From Phyllobates terribilis (Eukaryota), in NCBI RefSeq assembly GCF_046119375.1, contig NW_027362772.1, positions 155,558,001 to 155,622,000 on the forward strand: a stretch of DNA of 64,000 bases. The letters are read 5' to 3'. Below the pieces are notes generated by a model. The model was given only the letters and a program-made list of their open reading frames with translations, did no database searches and was not told the DNA's origin. Shown piece after piece: positions 10,331 to 23,553 of the stretch. The stretch's first letter is position 1; every line of letters begins with the position of its first letter. A program made the position numbers and the translations under genes.

Positions 10331-13300
10331 AGAACACTCCTCATTTACATGACAATGTGCAGACAGGGACACAGGATGGAACAGTGAGACATGTAACCTG
10401 CCACTCCTCAGTATTCTAGGGATCACAGTCATTAATAATAATGAAATCTACATGTGACCTCCTGCATTAGGTCTCACTCCTCTATAGCAAGTCTTCATAA
10501 TGCAATTGTCTACGGAGGATCAATAACATATTATATATAAAAAAACAGCATTGTGAAGAGTTCTCAATGTACACTAGACCCTACATCTAATGCACATTTG
10601 TTCATATTTGAGAATTAATGGCCGTTTCAAAGATGGTACGTATTACCTCTTTAGCACACCGCAAAATCAATACAGGCCAGAACCCCTGAAAAGAAGTCTT
10701 TAAATAAATACAGAACCCCAAATCAGAGCCTTGGCGTACAGATCCTAGACTAGATTTCGCTCCTTGTTGTAAGACAAATCGGAGGAACAGGATAAATGGA
10801 CAAATAGCAATGTCAGGCACCTATAATCGCCAGCTTTTTCTAGAGACAGGGAGGTCTCCCCTTATTCTGTGCAACTCCTAAATTTTCTGAAATGTCAAGA
10901 ATGCTAAAGACACAGTAAACCCCCAGACTAGAACCCCTCCCCCCTTTATGTAGACCCCTTTCCTGTATACAGACCCAAGCCCCTTAGGAACAGACCCCAG
11001 ACCAAACCACCCCTGCATATAGACCAGAGGCCAGACTCTATGTACAGACCTAAAACCACACAGATCCCATACCGGACGCCATCCTGTAACACAAATTGCA
11101 AACAAGACTAACCATCTAAATAGATGCCAGACCCCCTAAACAAATATAGAGTCTCCCAGAGTCCCAAACTAATAGCGCACTCCAACCAGACAACCTAAAT
11201 ACAGTGTATGTATACCCTCTAAATAGATGCAAAAATATTATTAAATAGTATAAATAAATACTAATCCTAGAATAGACCTCTAGACCAGTCCCCCGGTTCA
11301 TAGACTCCAAGTCAGAACCTTTAAAAATCCTAGAATTCAGATTAGTCTACCTCCATTTAAAGGGAACCTGTCTTGTGAAAAACCGCTAATAACCTGCAGA
11401 TATGGGGCGCCGGGCAGGTTCAGAATGCTATTAACCTGCTGATCAACCCAATATCTGCAGGTTAATAGCGTTTCTTCATGTGACAGGTTCCACTTAAAGA
11501 TTCCAGACTAGAACCCCAGTTTTTACAGACTCTAGATCACACGCCCAAACCTGTACAGATGCTCCTCTCTCCCCAGTCTTGGCCTTCAGCTCCAGGGACA
11601 GAATGTTCTGATGAATTGGGAGGTCTACTAAGTACTAAAATCGCTTGTCATGAAGGGGTTGAATAACTCGGAGACCGCAGCAGTCAGTAAAAGTGGCATT
11701 TTGTGCTGAATTTCCAGAAACTTGTTACATTAGAGGTGCTGAAGTATTAAAATTGTTCTTGTTTGATTGGTTTGTTGCAAATAACAAGTGTAAATTTTGC
11801 TACTAAACCAAATTTGAAATGGAGGCTGAATAATTTTGATTGCAACGGAAGTTTCTGTTTGTAGCAATGTTTCATCCACTGCACCTTTCAATGTTACGCG
11901 AACCAGTGTCGACACGGCTGGAACCCCATTAGGGCGATTGTGGTATGCTGCCCACTTTTCTACGTGCCCATTAGTTGGACGATTGTGTGACCCACTTCCC
12001 ATTCTTCTGGTCAAATCAAAAACTTGAATTTAAGAGGTCTGGAATTTCCACTTTATCCAACACAATATATCTTTTTCCTATGTGCCACCTTATCCCACTT
12101 GAAAGGGATAATGTGACCTCTACTTTGTATTTCGGACAATATTTTTTCATCCCATATGATCACTTCATCTTGCATCAGCCCAAATAGTTTTTGGAATTCT
12201 ATCTAGCTATCAAGAATCAATATTTACAACCTAAGAAAGCCCCTGAAAATTGGGGATAGGTTGTTTTTTATTTTAAATTTTGAATTTGCGGATGAGAAAA
12301 ATACACTAGGTGGCGCTATATACCATGTTTTGTAGTTTAATTGCACAAAGGCAAGAACAGGACTACTTCACCCAATACCTAGTAATCCATAAACTACATA
12401 ATTTGCAAATTAGACATATGTATACAATCAAATTAGGTGTCTGATTCACCTCATTTGGCTTTTTAGAAGTGTATATTTAAGCCAAATTATAATTGTTGTA
12501 ACAATATTATCAGTTTCCAAACTTATCTGTATAGACAGAGCAGCATTTTTTTTTTTCCCAAAAATCAAAATTTGATCCAAATTGAACTTGGATCCCTGGA
12601 TTAGCTCCGTACTTTCTATGTATGATCTGGCCTCAGGGTCTTCCAATTATTGTGATGAATCGTGGAGTAATAGGAATTGAATGTATTTTTCTTTTCTTAT
12701 GTATTAATAGATATTCAATCTGTTACTCTACAACTCTACTATATCATTATACTATTTGCTGCATGATTTAGTAATTAACCCTTAAAGGGAGGGTTTCCGC
12801 ATTAAGAAAAGTGGACCCACATTCTTTTAGATATACGCTCACATCACCGCTGCAGTCAATCACTGACCCTGCACTGCTTGTGTGAGACATCGAAGGAAGC
12901 CATTACAGGGTCAGTGTGGGCTATGGGGGGCTACATTGACTGCTGAACCAGTAGATGGTGCCCTGATGCCTCAGAAGTGCTGTGAACTGAGCAGACTGGA
13001 GGAATTTAAAGGGATAGTTAGTGTTGGCCCCCTCTTGAAAGATACTCCCATGGGTGAGAATCGCCCATTCTCCTGTGTACTCCATATGTCCACAGTGTCA
13101 TATAAGTAGAGTTTAGCCTCTGTCAAGTTAGAGCAGGTCTGAGTGACCCGAAGATAAGGTTGACTCCATTGCAACTTTACTGTTACAACTGCTTTGCTGT
13201 TGTTGCAACTTGAACTTGAACAGTCTTTAGCCCCTTAACGATGCAGCCAATTTTTTTTTTGCCATTTCAATTCTTCCTCCGTCTTCTTTCCAAGAGCTTG

Positions 13301-13938
13301 AACTTTTTTTTTTGTTATCTTTCCATCAACATAGCTGCTCAAAGGCTTGGGGTTTTTTTTTTTTTTTTTTGTGGGTTGAGCTGTAGTTTGGAATGACACA
13401 TTTACTCTACCATATAATGTACTGAAAAATGGAAAAAAAAATCCAAATTTAGGTGAAATTGTTAAAAAAAAAAAAAAAAACCCTGCAATTCCGCTGTAGT
13501 TTTTTGGAGTTTAGTTTTTACAACGTTCATTACGCAGTAAAGATGACTTCCGGCAACAATACACTCAGGGTAAGTTAAATTACGGCGTTGTCAAACTTTT
13601 AAGGTTTTGTCATTATTTTAGTGGCTTAAAAAAAAAATCTGAATTTTGTAAAAAAAAATTAATTGATTTGTATCACCATGAGATGCGTAGGTTTTAGATT
13701 TTTCCATCGATGGACTTGTTTTTGAATCTGTGCAAGTGTTGATTTAATTTACAGCGCCCCTGAAGGATAAATGAAGTACTACACAGCTCTTTAAAATCAA
13801 TGGTCTGTTTTTGCAATGGCTGCGCATTAGAGGTGTTTTTGGGAGTTATATATTTTGGGATGGGAACTAGGGGTAGACTGAAAGTAATGTGGGCCCCTTG
13901 TCAACCACAGCAGCCATGATACACTTAGTTTAGCTTAA

Positions 13939-15201
13939 CCCCTTCATCACAGGAGCATTTTCCGTTTTTGCTCCCCTTCTTTCCAGAGCCAGAACTTTTC
14001 TATTTTTTGTTCAATATGGCCATGTGAGGGCTTATTTTTTGCGGGACAAGTTGTACTTTAAACGCTATCACTGGTTTTACAATATCGTGTACTAGAAAAC
14101 AGGGGGAAAAAAATTTCAAGTGCGGTGAAATTGCAAAAAAAAATGCAATTCCACAGTTTGGGTGTTTTTACCACGTTCACTGAATGCTACAGCTGACCTG
14201 CCATTATTATTCTCCAGGTTATTACGACTTCGTAGACACCAAACATGTATAGGTTCTTTTTTATTTAAGTAGTGAAAAAAACCTCCAAAGTTTGCTAAAC
14301 AACAACAAAAAAAAAAAAGCGCCATTTTCCGAGACCTGTAGCGTCTCCATTTTTCGGGATCTGGGGCCGGGTGAGGGCTTATTTTTTGCGCGCCGAGCTG
14401 AAGTTTTTATTGATACCATTTTGGGGTACATCCGATATTTTGATCGCCCTTTATTGCATTTTATTGCAATGTTTCAGCGACCAAAAAAACGTAATTCTTG
14501 CGTTTTGGAATTTTTTTTTCGTTACGCAGTTTACCAATCGGATTAATTCTTTTTTTTATATTGATAGATCGGGCGATTCTGAATGCAGCGATACCAATTA
14601 TGTGTATGTGGGCTTTACTTTTTATTTTATTTTGAATGGTGCAAAAGTGGGGTGATTTAAACTTTTATATTTTTTGAACTTTTTTAATATTTTTATAAAC
14701 TTTTTTTTCCAATTTTTTGCTTGCTTCAATAGTCTCCATAGGAGACTAGAAGCAGCAGCAGTCCGATAGCCTCGGCTGCATAAAGGCGATGAGCAGATCG
14801 CCTCTATGTAGTAGAAATGCTCATGTGCTATGAGCGCCGACCACTAGGTGGTGCTCATAGCAATCTTTACATGACAACCACAGGGGTCTGCTGCAGACCC
14901 CGGGTTGTCATGCCCATGCATAGGTGACCCACGATCATGTGGCGGGGTCACCGATGGGCGGGATAAGTGACACGCTTCCGGCGTGGTGCTGTTAAATGCC
15001 GCTGTCAGAGATTGACAGCGACACTTAACTTGTTAACAGCCGCAGATGGATCGCGATTCCACCCGCGGCTGTTGCGGGCACATATCTGCTGTATAAATCA
15101 GCTGACATGTGCCCGGTTCAGTGCGGGCTCAGCGCCAGAGCCCGCGCTGAACAGGGGATGCCGACGTGGTGCGTACTATTACATACTACGTCGGAAAGGG
15201 G
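13939..15201. mobile_element. piggyBac-like non-autonomous element
   Basis: TTAA-ccccttcatc ... cggaaagggg-TTAA: CCCC/GGGG termini with TTAA duplication and no transposase ORF. Confidence 0.7.
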
Positions 15202-16271
15202 TTAATAAATTGCATTTGAGGTGTACTCATTACTTATCTTTTTTTTTTTTTTTTTTTGATTGTCTTGTTTTTTGCTTTAGAGGGCATTGCACTAATGCCA
15301 AATGGTTGGTTCATTCATGCTTTCTTAAACCCTAAAATAGCAGTCTATTTGACATGAGACATTGTTTCATGCGAGACTGTCCATTGACCCTTGTTGTATG
15401 TTAATTTGTGTAATGCCTGCTGATTACCTATTGCATCAGCCCCCTACAGTGTACTAGTCTGCAACACTTGGAGGACAAATATGCAGCCTAATTGAACACT
15501 GAGGGATTACCTCTCCTCAGCTTCCCTCAATCCTGTGGGATATTAAAGGGTCCTGCACCTGTCACAGGTGTGATTCTAGAGGACATCAGCCCAGGAACCA
15601 GGACTCCAAAGAGTAATAATCTATGTATAGTAATACCAATATGGCTTTTTACTGTAAAAATAAAAGCGCCAGCCTAAACGGTCAGATTATCTCTAGAGCT
15701 TGGCTCTCCAAACCTTGCTTGGTCTGAAAGCCCCCTTTAAGAAATCGGACTCTAGCTATCTTCCTACATAAATAAACTGCAATGGAGATTCAAAAGTCTC
15801 ATCAAAGAGGGTCTATGTGGCAGCCGAGCCTTGTACCGGGTGGGGCACAATTTATTCTTAGCTCAACCATCTGTCGTCTGGAATGCAGCGAGTGTAGGAA
15901 CAAGGCTTCATAAAGCCAGGACCATGCCAGCAGACCCAGAGTCACACAGTGTCACATACAGTGTCAGTGTGAGCTCCTGTAAGGTTTTTTTTCCCCTTGA
16001 TGACAACTATCATTTCTACGTTTTTGACCTGTACCCCAATATCTCAATAAGGGGCAAGATCTGATTACACACAGATACTGACAGACTTTATAAAAGACTG
16101 GATAGAGATGCACAAAAAGATTGGTGTCCAGTTTAATCCTTTGTGACAGCTAAACTAGGGCAGTGTTCACAACTGTGCCTGCGATCCTCTGCCAAGCATT
16201 ATGAGAGCCTCAGCCACTTAATGGGCCCTTAAAACTTCATGACGTGGCACATCTTCTGCTTAACTAACTTC

Positions 16272-16629
16272 AAGGTGGAGATGGCAGGTAAATGGCGCCC
16301 TGGTGGATTAAAGTAGTGCCAAAATAAATGTATTAAAACTATAAAATGCAACGCGTTTCGGCTGTATCTAGCCTTCCTCAGGTGTCAACTGCGGAAGGCT
16401 GGATACAGTCGAAATGCATTGTTTTATTGTCTTAATTTATTTTATTTTGCCGCTACTTTTATCCATTCACAATAAATGTATTAAAACCATAAAAAGCAAT
16501 TCATTTCAGCTGTATCCAGCCTTCCTCAGGTAACACCTAAGGAAGGCTGGATACAGGCGAAACGCATTGTTTTATGGTCTTTATTTTATTTTGGCACTAC
16601 TTTTATCCATTCAACTGTATCTCCACCTT
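16272..16629. mobile_element. Penelope-like terminal-repeat fragments arranged as two tandem palindromes, with hammerhead-core motifs
   Basis: Four degenerate copies of CTGAGGA-A-GGCTG-GATA-CAGCC-GAAACGCGTT in -,+,-,+ orientation. Outer inverted repeat aaggtggagat/atctccacctt. Confidence 0.6.
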
Positions 16630-17879
16630 AATTTAACACTGCCGGGATTCCTTTGGAGGATTTTCCAACAGTACACCAGCTCGGCTGCACCTATTGGATC
16701 TGGTATGTGATTTTGGAGTTTTGGCCATGTGCAAAACTTCATCAAGTGAGCAAATTCCCTATCGCTGGTTTTAACAATTCTAATCATACTACTTTCAGAA
16801 AGCGCTTCTCTCTCCTTTTCCCTCTAGGGAACTCCACCATTGGTATACTTACCAAAATTTTTCACGAATCATGGTGTGCGTCGGAGTTCCTTGCCGCTGT
16901 CCTGCTATATGAACCAAATCGCTTCTACTTGGGTTGCCCAGTGGTGTAATTTGTGGCACTGAAGCCCCCCACCTACCATGTGTTATTTATCATACATAGT
17001 TGCCAACAGTTCTGAATTTTTGGAAGCAAATTTGGGCACGTCCTGGTCTGAACAGGAATGGTTTACGTAACCTCTCCCAAAAGCGAGTGTTCGCAATCGG
17101 CTTACGGGTGCTCTTGGGCGTAAACGTTCCTAATTTATCTACCAAGACATTGGCAAGTATGATAATATTATCATTCTATGTGTAATTCATGCTGGGACAT
17201 GTAATTTTTCTTTTGTTATTTAATTGTATTTATTTTAATTATTACAATTTTTTGCTGTCTACATGTAATCCATCACAGTAGAGGCATCTGGAGAAAGTCT
17301 TTACAAGCCTGCAAAGTTTTTTCCATCTATTTTTAGTTCTCAGGCTATTTATTCATTGCTCCTCCATCTTTTGGCTACAATTTCAGATCGGACCTCCTTG
17401 GTGTCTGAAAAGAAGGTGCCTTATAATTGTGAATGGAAGCCTGGCTTGCAGGACTGGAATCAGTTTGGGAGGGGTGCGCATGGACAAAAGCAATTATGTG
17501 GGGCTGCCATATCAGATCTGGATCTCAAAGCCCACCAGTTACTTATAGGGGAAGTGGTCCTGCATGTGTCTATGAAAGTAATGGAGACTCACCAGCCAGT
17601 GACTCCTAAAGCCTCAATTTCCCTACAGTGCCCCCCCGGGATAAATGAAGTATTACAAAGTTTGCACTAAAATCAATAATCAATGCATGGATGTGTCAGG
17701 TCCTCCAGAGTAAAGTTGGCCCTTCACATTGGATAGCCATTTTTCCTGACACCCCTATATGCAGTAACTATTATGCTTACCTGGTGAGGTGGATCCTCCA
17801 AGCCTAAGGTCCGGGTGGGCACTCAGGCCACATGTGTCGGTGCAGAAGACGGGTGAGGCACTCGGAAAATGTTTTAGCA

Positions 17880-18072
17880 GAGGGACTGGAAGCCGCAGGT
17901 AGACGGGTAACCGAGGGACTGGAAGCCGCGGGCAGACGGGTAACCGAGGGACTGGAAGCCGCGGGCAGACGGGTAGCCGGGGGACTGGAAGCCGCGGGCA
18001 GACGGGTAGCCGGGGGACTGGAAGCCGCGGGCAGACGGGTAGCCGGGGGACTGGAAGCCGCGGGCAGACGGC
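17880..18072 (+). repeat. 33-bp GC-rich minisatellite, ~6 copies
   Basis: Unit gagggactggaagccgcgggcagacgggtaacc. Confidence 0.9.
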
Positions 18073-20198
18073 TTAATACTAAGACACAGGTGTGTATCTT
18101 GGAAGGCCTTATATAGACCCAGCCAGAAGATTACATGGGATCATGCTGGGCCATCTGCAATGCCCGAAGGGGAGGACAACAAAGTTTAGCAGACCGGGGT
18201 GTAGTGAGTAAACAGGACACGTGTAAAAGTAACGCTCAGCTCTGTTTATCTTCCCGCTGGACAAAAAGGATTGGGTAATTGAATTCCAACCTCCTGATCC
18301 TCCACTTACCCAACATAAACCGCTGGAGGACGGCTGGGAGGCCCACATACACATCAGATGATCAGCTGATCCTGACGTATTTGATGGGTCTGACCGACTT
18401 TTATCGCATGTATATATGGGGGCCTTAATGATTACCCGTCATTTCAGTTTTTGTTGTATATCAATAGTACACATGAAAATAAGAAACTCTTGTAATATAT
18501 CTTATCAGCGAAATCTGCTTCCGATCATTCATTCTTAATTCACAAGTAAAACCTGTATTCCGTGAAGACAGATTTTCTAATTACTGTGACAACCGATGAC
18601 AGTTAGTGCTTTTAAAATCCTATGGAGGGGGAGGAGCTAGAGGCCGACACACGTTCTCCTGAAACGATAGTTATAGTTCTCCTGAAACGATAGTTATAGT
18701 TCTCCATAGAACTTTATGAGCACCAACTGTTATCTCCTATCTCAGTAATGGACAAGTCTGAAAACACATTTTAACGTGAATTGAGAATGAATGATCATTC
18801 CAGAAGGCGAAAGAAGCTGATTTCCCTCATAAGATATATTACACAGTTTCTTATTTTCATATGTGATACTAATTTATGGAAGAAAAAAATTAAAACGACA
18901 GTTACCCTTTAAGTGATGCTCTTTGCAGAGTATCTTCATTGTGGATAATAGTTAATCGTGTTGGACAGGGAACCCTCCTTTACTAATTCCTGATTTTCCA
19001 TGAGTATTTTTTTTGAAAGTGTGTATTCTAAGGCAGGCAGCCCCTTTAATGCCACGTAAGCTGGCAGCACATGTTGGCATTGTGGTGACGATCCAGCAGG
19101 GTTATGTTCAGCACCACAACAGCTGCGGCAATCGGTGATACAGTCAGAAGATCCCAGAACGGATCTCTCTCCTGTTTCTTTTGGAGAACAGTCAGTTACT
19201 AATACGGCTCCACGTGTTCATGCCACAACTGCACAGTCTCTATGTGCCTGTGGAGCGGACTATGGCAGATTCCCCTGCTCACACCCATCACAACAACAAA
19301 TGGTCCACGAAATGGTCAGGCCAGTGCCAACAGAGGATTATACCACCTACACAAGTATTAGGGTCATTTTCCACTCTGAAGGAGGCACGTAGCCTGCTGT
19401 TAACGAGATACAGCCCCCCAGAGAGTGACAATCATGCAAAAAAAGACAACAATGCCTAAGCATACCCTATAGGGGAGGTCTAAAAACTGGGGCAACTGCA
19501 AGTTCCAGCACAACTAGCAGGGCAAATTTCCAGGATGAATGGCAGAGGAACAGCACAATCAAAGTTCTAATTAAAGATATTGCAGAATTTTTTTTGGGGG
19601 GGGCGCAGGAGAACTTCAGTATTAAAGCATTTTGTAAAATAGATATGTTAGATAAGCGGACTGGAACTTTTTAAAGTTAGACCCCCTTTGCTTTGAAATG
19701 AGAAACATTCAGACAATTTTTTTTGGCAGAACGAGCCATGATGGAGTTGTCACTCGTATTTTCATACCTCCCAAAGAGATCAGATATGCCTTGGTCTGGC
19801 TACACAAGTAGTCATTGTAGCACTTTTGTTAGTCTATTCATCAACCAGGAGGATCAGGATGAACTTCAAAAAGCATTGATATAGTTCTAAACTTGCACTG
19901 GGACTTCTAGTACTACTGCAGCAGATGGACATCCACCATCATCTGTCTCACACGTTTTTACTGTAGGAAAATTACTTTGAGAATTGAGTTATTTCTTAGA
20001 CCTCTGAGATTTGCTCAGACGTTACATAATCAACACTACAGCGTGTTTGTGTGTATAGTGAAGTGGTTTGCCCATTGATTTCTAGAACAGAAAGGACAAT
20101 TGCATGGTGTATAAAATGCAGCCCCTTGCCACACAGTCTGCCTTTACTAACATGCAAAAGAATGGCTAGTTCTAAAGAACTATAACCATCAGTACAGA

Positions 20199-20466
20199 AA
20201 TAATAATAATAATCTTTATTTTTATATAGCACTAACATATTCCGCAGCGCTTTACATACATTATCGTCGCTGTCCGCATCGGGGCTCACAACTACATTCC
20301 CTATCAGTATGTCTTTGGAGTGTGGGAGGAAACCGGAGAACCCTGAGGAAACCCACGCAAACACGGGGAGAACATACAAACTCCTTGCAGATGTTGTCCT
20401 TGGGGGGATTTGAACCCAGGACCCCAGCGCTGCAAGGCTGCAGTGCTAACCACTGCGCCACCGTGC
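20199..20466 (-). mobile_element. tRNA-derived V-type SINE
   Basis: Minus strand: A box TGGCGCAGTGG, B box GGTTCAAATCC, V-domain-like gtttgtatgttctccccgtgtttgcgtgggtttcc, tail tgtaaagcgctgcgg...aataaagattattatt. Confidence 0.85.
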
Positions 20467-23421
20467 ACAAGAACCACCATCAGTACATGAATACACTGAT
20501 TAGCAAAAGTGTAACAATGTTTTGAACTTTTGACTTTCAGGCTCCATACCTCACCATCCACTGCTGCTTTGAATGTGAGACTACCATAATTTTATAGACA
20601 ATTATCTTGGCTATCTCATACATAAATTTGACTTGCAACTATTTAGCATATGATTAGTTATGCAGATTCTTGTCATGTCACTGCATTGTTACTGTTTTGC
20701 GCCTGGTGGTGAAAAAATCTTTTTCTTCCTGTATACTACAAAATACAAGGTGTTCTCACATTCCCTAATTACCAGAACCACCAATAGTACATGAATATAA
20801 CACAACAGTCACCTTTAGGCCACAGCCCCACTATCAGTATTTGGTCAGTATTCGGTCAGTATTTTTTCTCAGGAGTGGGAGACAAAACCAGACGTGGATG
20901 ATAAATGCTGAATTGATGCTCTTGTTTCTATTATACCTTTTATCTGATTGTTCCTCACCTGGTTTTGGCTCCCACACAGCACTAGAACCACCATCTGTAC
21001 AGGAATATATCACCAAAACAATAATCAATCAACATGAACACAGAACCATGAGTATTAGAATACATTAGCAAAACCACCATCAGTACATGAATACATCACC
21101 ATCGTCAGAGTAGTTTTCACGCATTCCAGTGCTGGTGAGACCAACAGAAGTACACAGTCTTGTGATTTCTAAAGATCTCCACGTAATAATGGTTTGAGCA
21201 CTTTATTGTATATGCTCAGTGAATACATACAGTTCATGCATAAATGTAGGTGTTTCTAAAATAGTAACAAAAAACAGAATTCATAGCTCCATAATAAGTA
21301 CAGACACTCCCTACATCCACCCAGCTTAGTGAAACCCCTTCAGTATGTCTTTGTTTGAGAAGTAGAATTCCTCAAACTATGAGGTTTTGGCAGGCTTGTA
21401 CACATTAACTCTTTCCTTATTTTAACACCATCAATACATGACTGCATTGCCAATACCACCACCAGTACATGAATACATCACCAGAACCACCACCAGTACA
21501 TAAATACATCACCAAGCTTAGTACAGCGATCATTTGCAATGTCAGGCCAGCCCCTGTTATATATACTCGAACACATAAATTTACAACTCCCCATATGTCC
21601 TTAACAATGGTAGAGAGATACTAGGAGTTGTTGTTACCAGTGATCATTAGACTGTGGGCCATACAAGAAACATAGTACTGATGAGATGTACTGTAGTCAG
21701 TATCACAAAAAACATTTAGACTTTTTTTATACGTGATGTCTTCTACTCTGATTGGAGTTATTCTCATTCTTTTCTCCTCCATCTTGTCTAGATGCCATGA
21801 CGATTTTTCACATCCACAGCTTGTCTCTACAAACTTCCCTCCTCTTGGGCCTTTTGCAGCACATCCCGACACCGTGCCATTTAGTTTGCAGAGAAGATTG
21901 CAGCTGAAGAAAGCTGGATGGTGGCAAACGCCATAGAACAAGGAATCTGAACACATGGCTTGTACAATTTTCAGACACAGAGGCATGTCAGAATCGGCCT
22001 TAAAAGCCCTTAGGTCATTATGTCTCAAGGGGACTCCAGGCAACTTGTGAAACCCAACGTGGAGCACAGCAAATGGCAGCGGTCATTGGAGAAGGGAGCA
22101 GAGCCCGGTTCTGGAGCTGAGACAGGTGCGTAACACAGTGATAGTGAACAAGGGGCGCTTCAGTGCAAATCATAAAGTAGGGATCCTAAAGGAACCTGTA
22201 AAAAAAAATAAAAAAAAGTTTTCAGACTTCCATAGACTCCCTTTAGACACTGTCGTTAAGCTGTTGTCACAGTTCATAGTTGTGTCCTAATCAAGCAGAT
22301 GTAGGAAGCAGCCAATGCAGAGGAAAATTGTGAACTGTCATCCAAATCTAGATACGTATATCATGGCAACCACCCAACTTTCGTACCTCCTTGTACCTAG
22401 ACATTTGGATTGAGGATTTTTCCCTAGGTACTCAACAGATTTCATGTACAGGATTTTTTAAAAGTTGTATGACAAGCCCTGTGTGAACTGTATTGATGGC
22501 AGTACTGGTGACACTCTACTTTTCACTCAGCTACTTATATTTGCTAGAGATTCTTTAAGTTAAAAGGGTTTTTAGGTTTGGACAGTTCCTTGTCAGAAAG
22601 GTCCGAGAATGTAATCCGTGATTGATCAGCTTTAATCTAAGATGACACTCTGCAATGAATATTCAACTTCCCTGCAGCGCCACTACAGGGCAAATGAAAC
22701 ATTACGCAGTTCTAACTTCAATTAATATAAGGTTCGTGACTTAAAGAGACAAGTCAGGTGAAGCAGAGCAGGCTTCAGGGGCATCAAACAGGATGCATAA
22801 AGCCGGATGTAGGAGTGCTTGCTGATTGGGGCGATGGCCTGGCACCTGAGGCCACATAGGTATCAGTGGTGTAACTTTAAAAAGGACCTGTCACTACTTT
22901 AAAATGATCCAGTTTTTGCTATTATTTTATTCCCGCTTCTCCCCTGAGTATTCCACTTCTTGTTTTTTTCTAAATCCGCCATACGGTTCCAAAGATATGG
23001 CCCTTTTTATTTAGTGGAAAATTTTATGATTTTTACCAAAGGGGCTGTACTCACAGGGTAATTATGCAGAGCAGCCCCTGAGGAGACTGTGAGGAAGCAC
23101 TAAATAAAAAGGCCCATATCTCTGGAACTGAAAAAAAACAAACCTGCGTACTCAGGGGAATAGAAGAAGAGCAAAAACTGAGCATTTTAAGGGCTGGAGT
23201 CTCCACCGATCGCGGGTCTTTAATAGTACTGGTCTTATCATATGGACAAAAGGACTTTTTGGGCCCCCCTAAATTCCAGTGGCAAAAATCCACTAGGGGA
23301 TTATATTGTTACACCCCTGGTATTACTTAAACATTGTTTATATTACTATGTGTGGAGCTGTCATTTGGTCACTGTATTATATGTGCACTATATGGAGGTG
23401 TCTACTTAGTTTGGCTTGGTT

Positions 23422-23553
23422 NNNNNNNNNNNNNNNNNNNNNNNNNNNNNNNNNNNNNNNNNNNNNNNNNNNNNNNNNNNNNNNNNNNNNNNNNNNNNNN
23501 NNNNNNNNNNNNNNNNNNNNNNNNNNNNNNNNNNNNNNNNNNNNNNNNNNNNN
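23422..23553. other. Assembly gap (132 N)
   Basis: Run of N. Confidence 1.

Noticed and set aside
11730-12250. Protein-like unique segment with several short ORFs
   Set aside because: Stops in all frames and no motif I can name.
16620-17620. Several exon-like pieces, including a TGAATAAA stop/polyA overlap near 17350
   Set aside because: I could not assemble a consistent frame with credible acceptors.
20199-20466. tRNA gene
   Set aside because: The A/B boxes are followed by a V-domain and a LINE-type tail, so this is a SINE head.
20180-21520. CRISPR array
   Set aside because: Eukaryotic context, degenerate repeats, 200-380-bp transposon-derived spacers and no cas genes.
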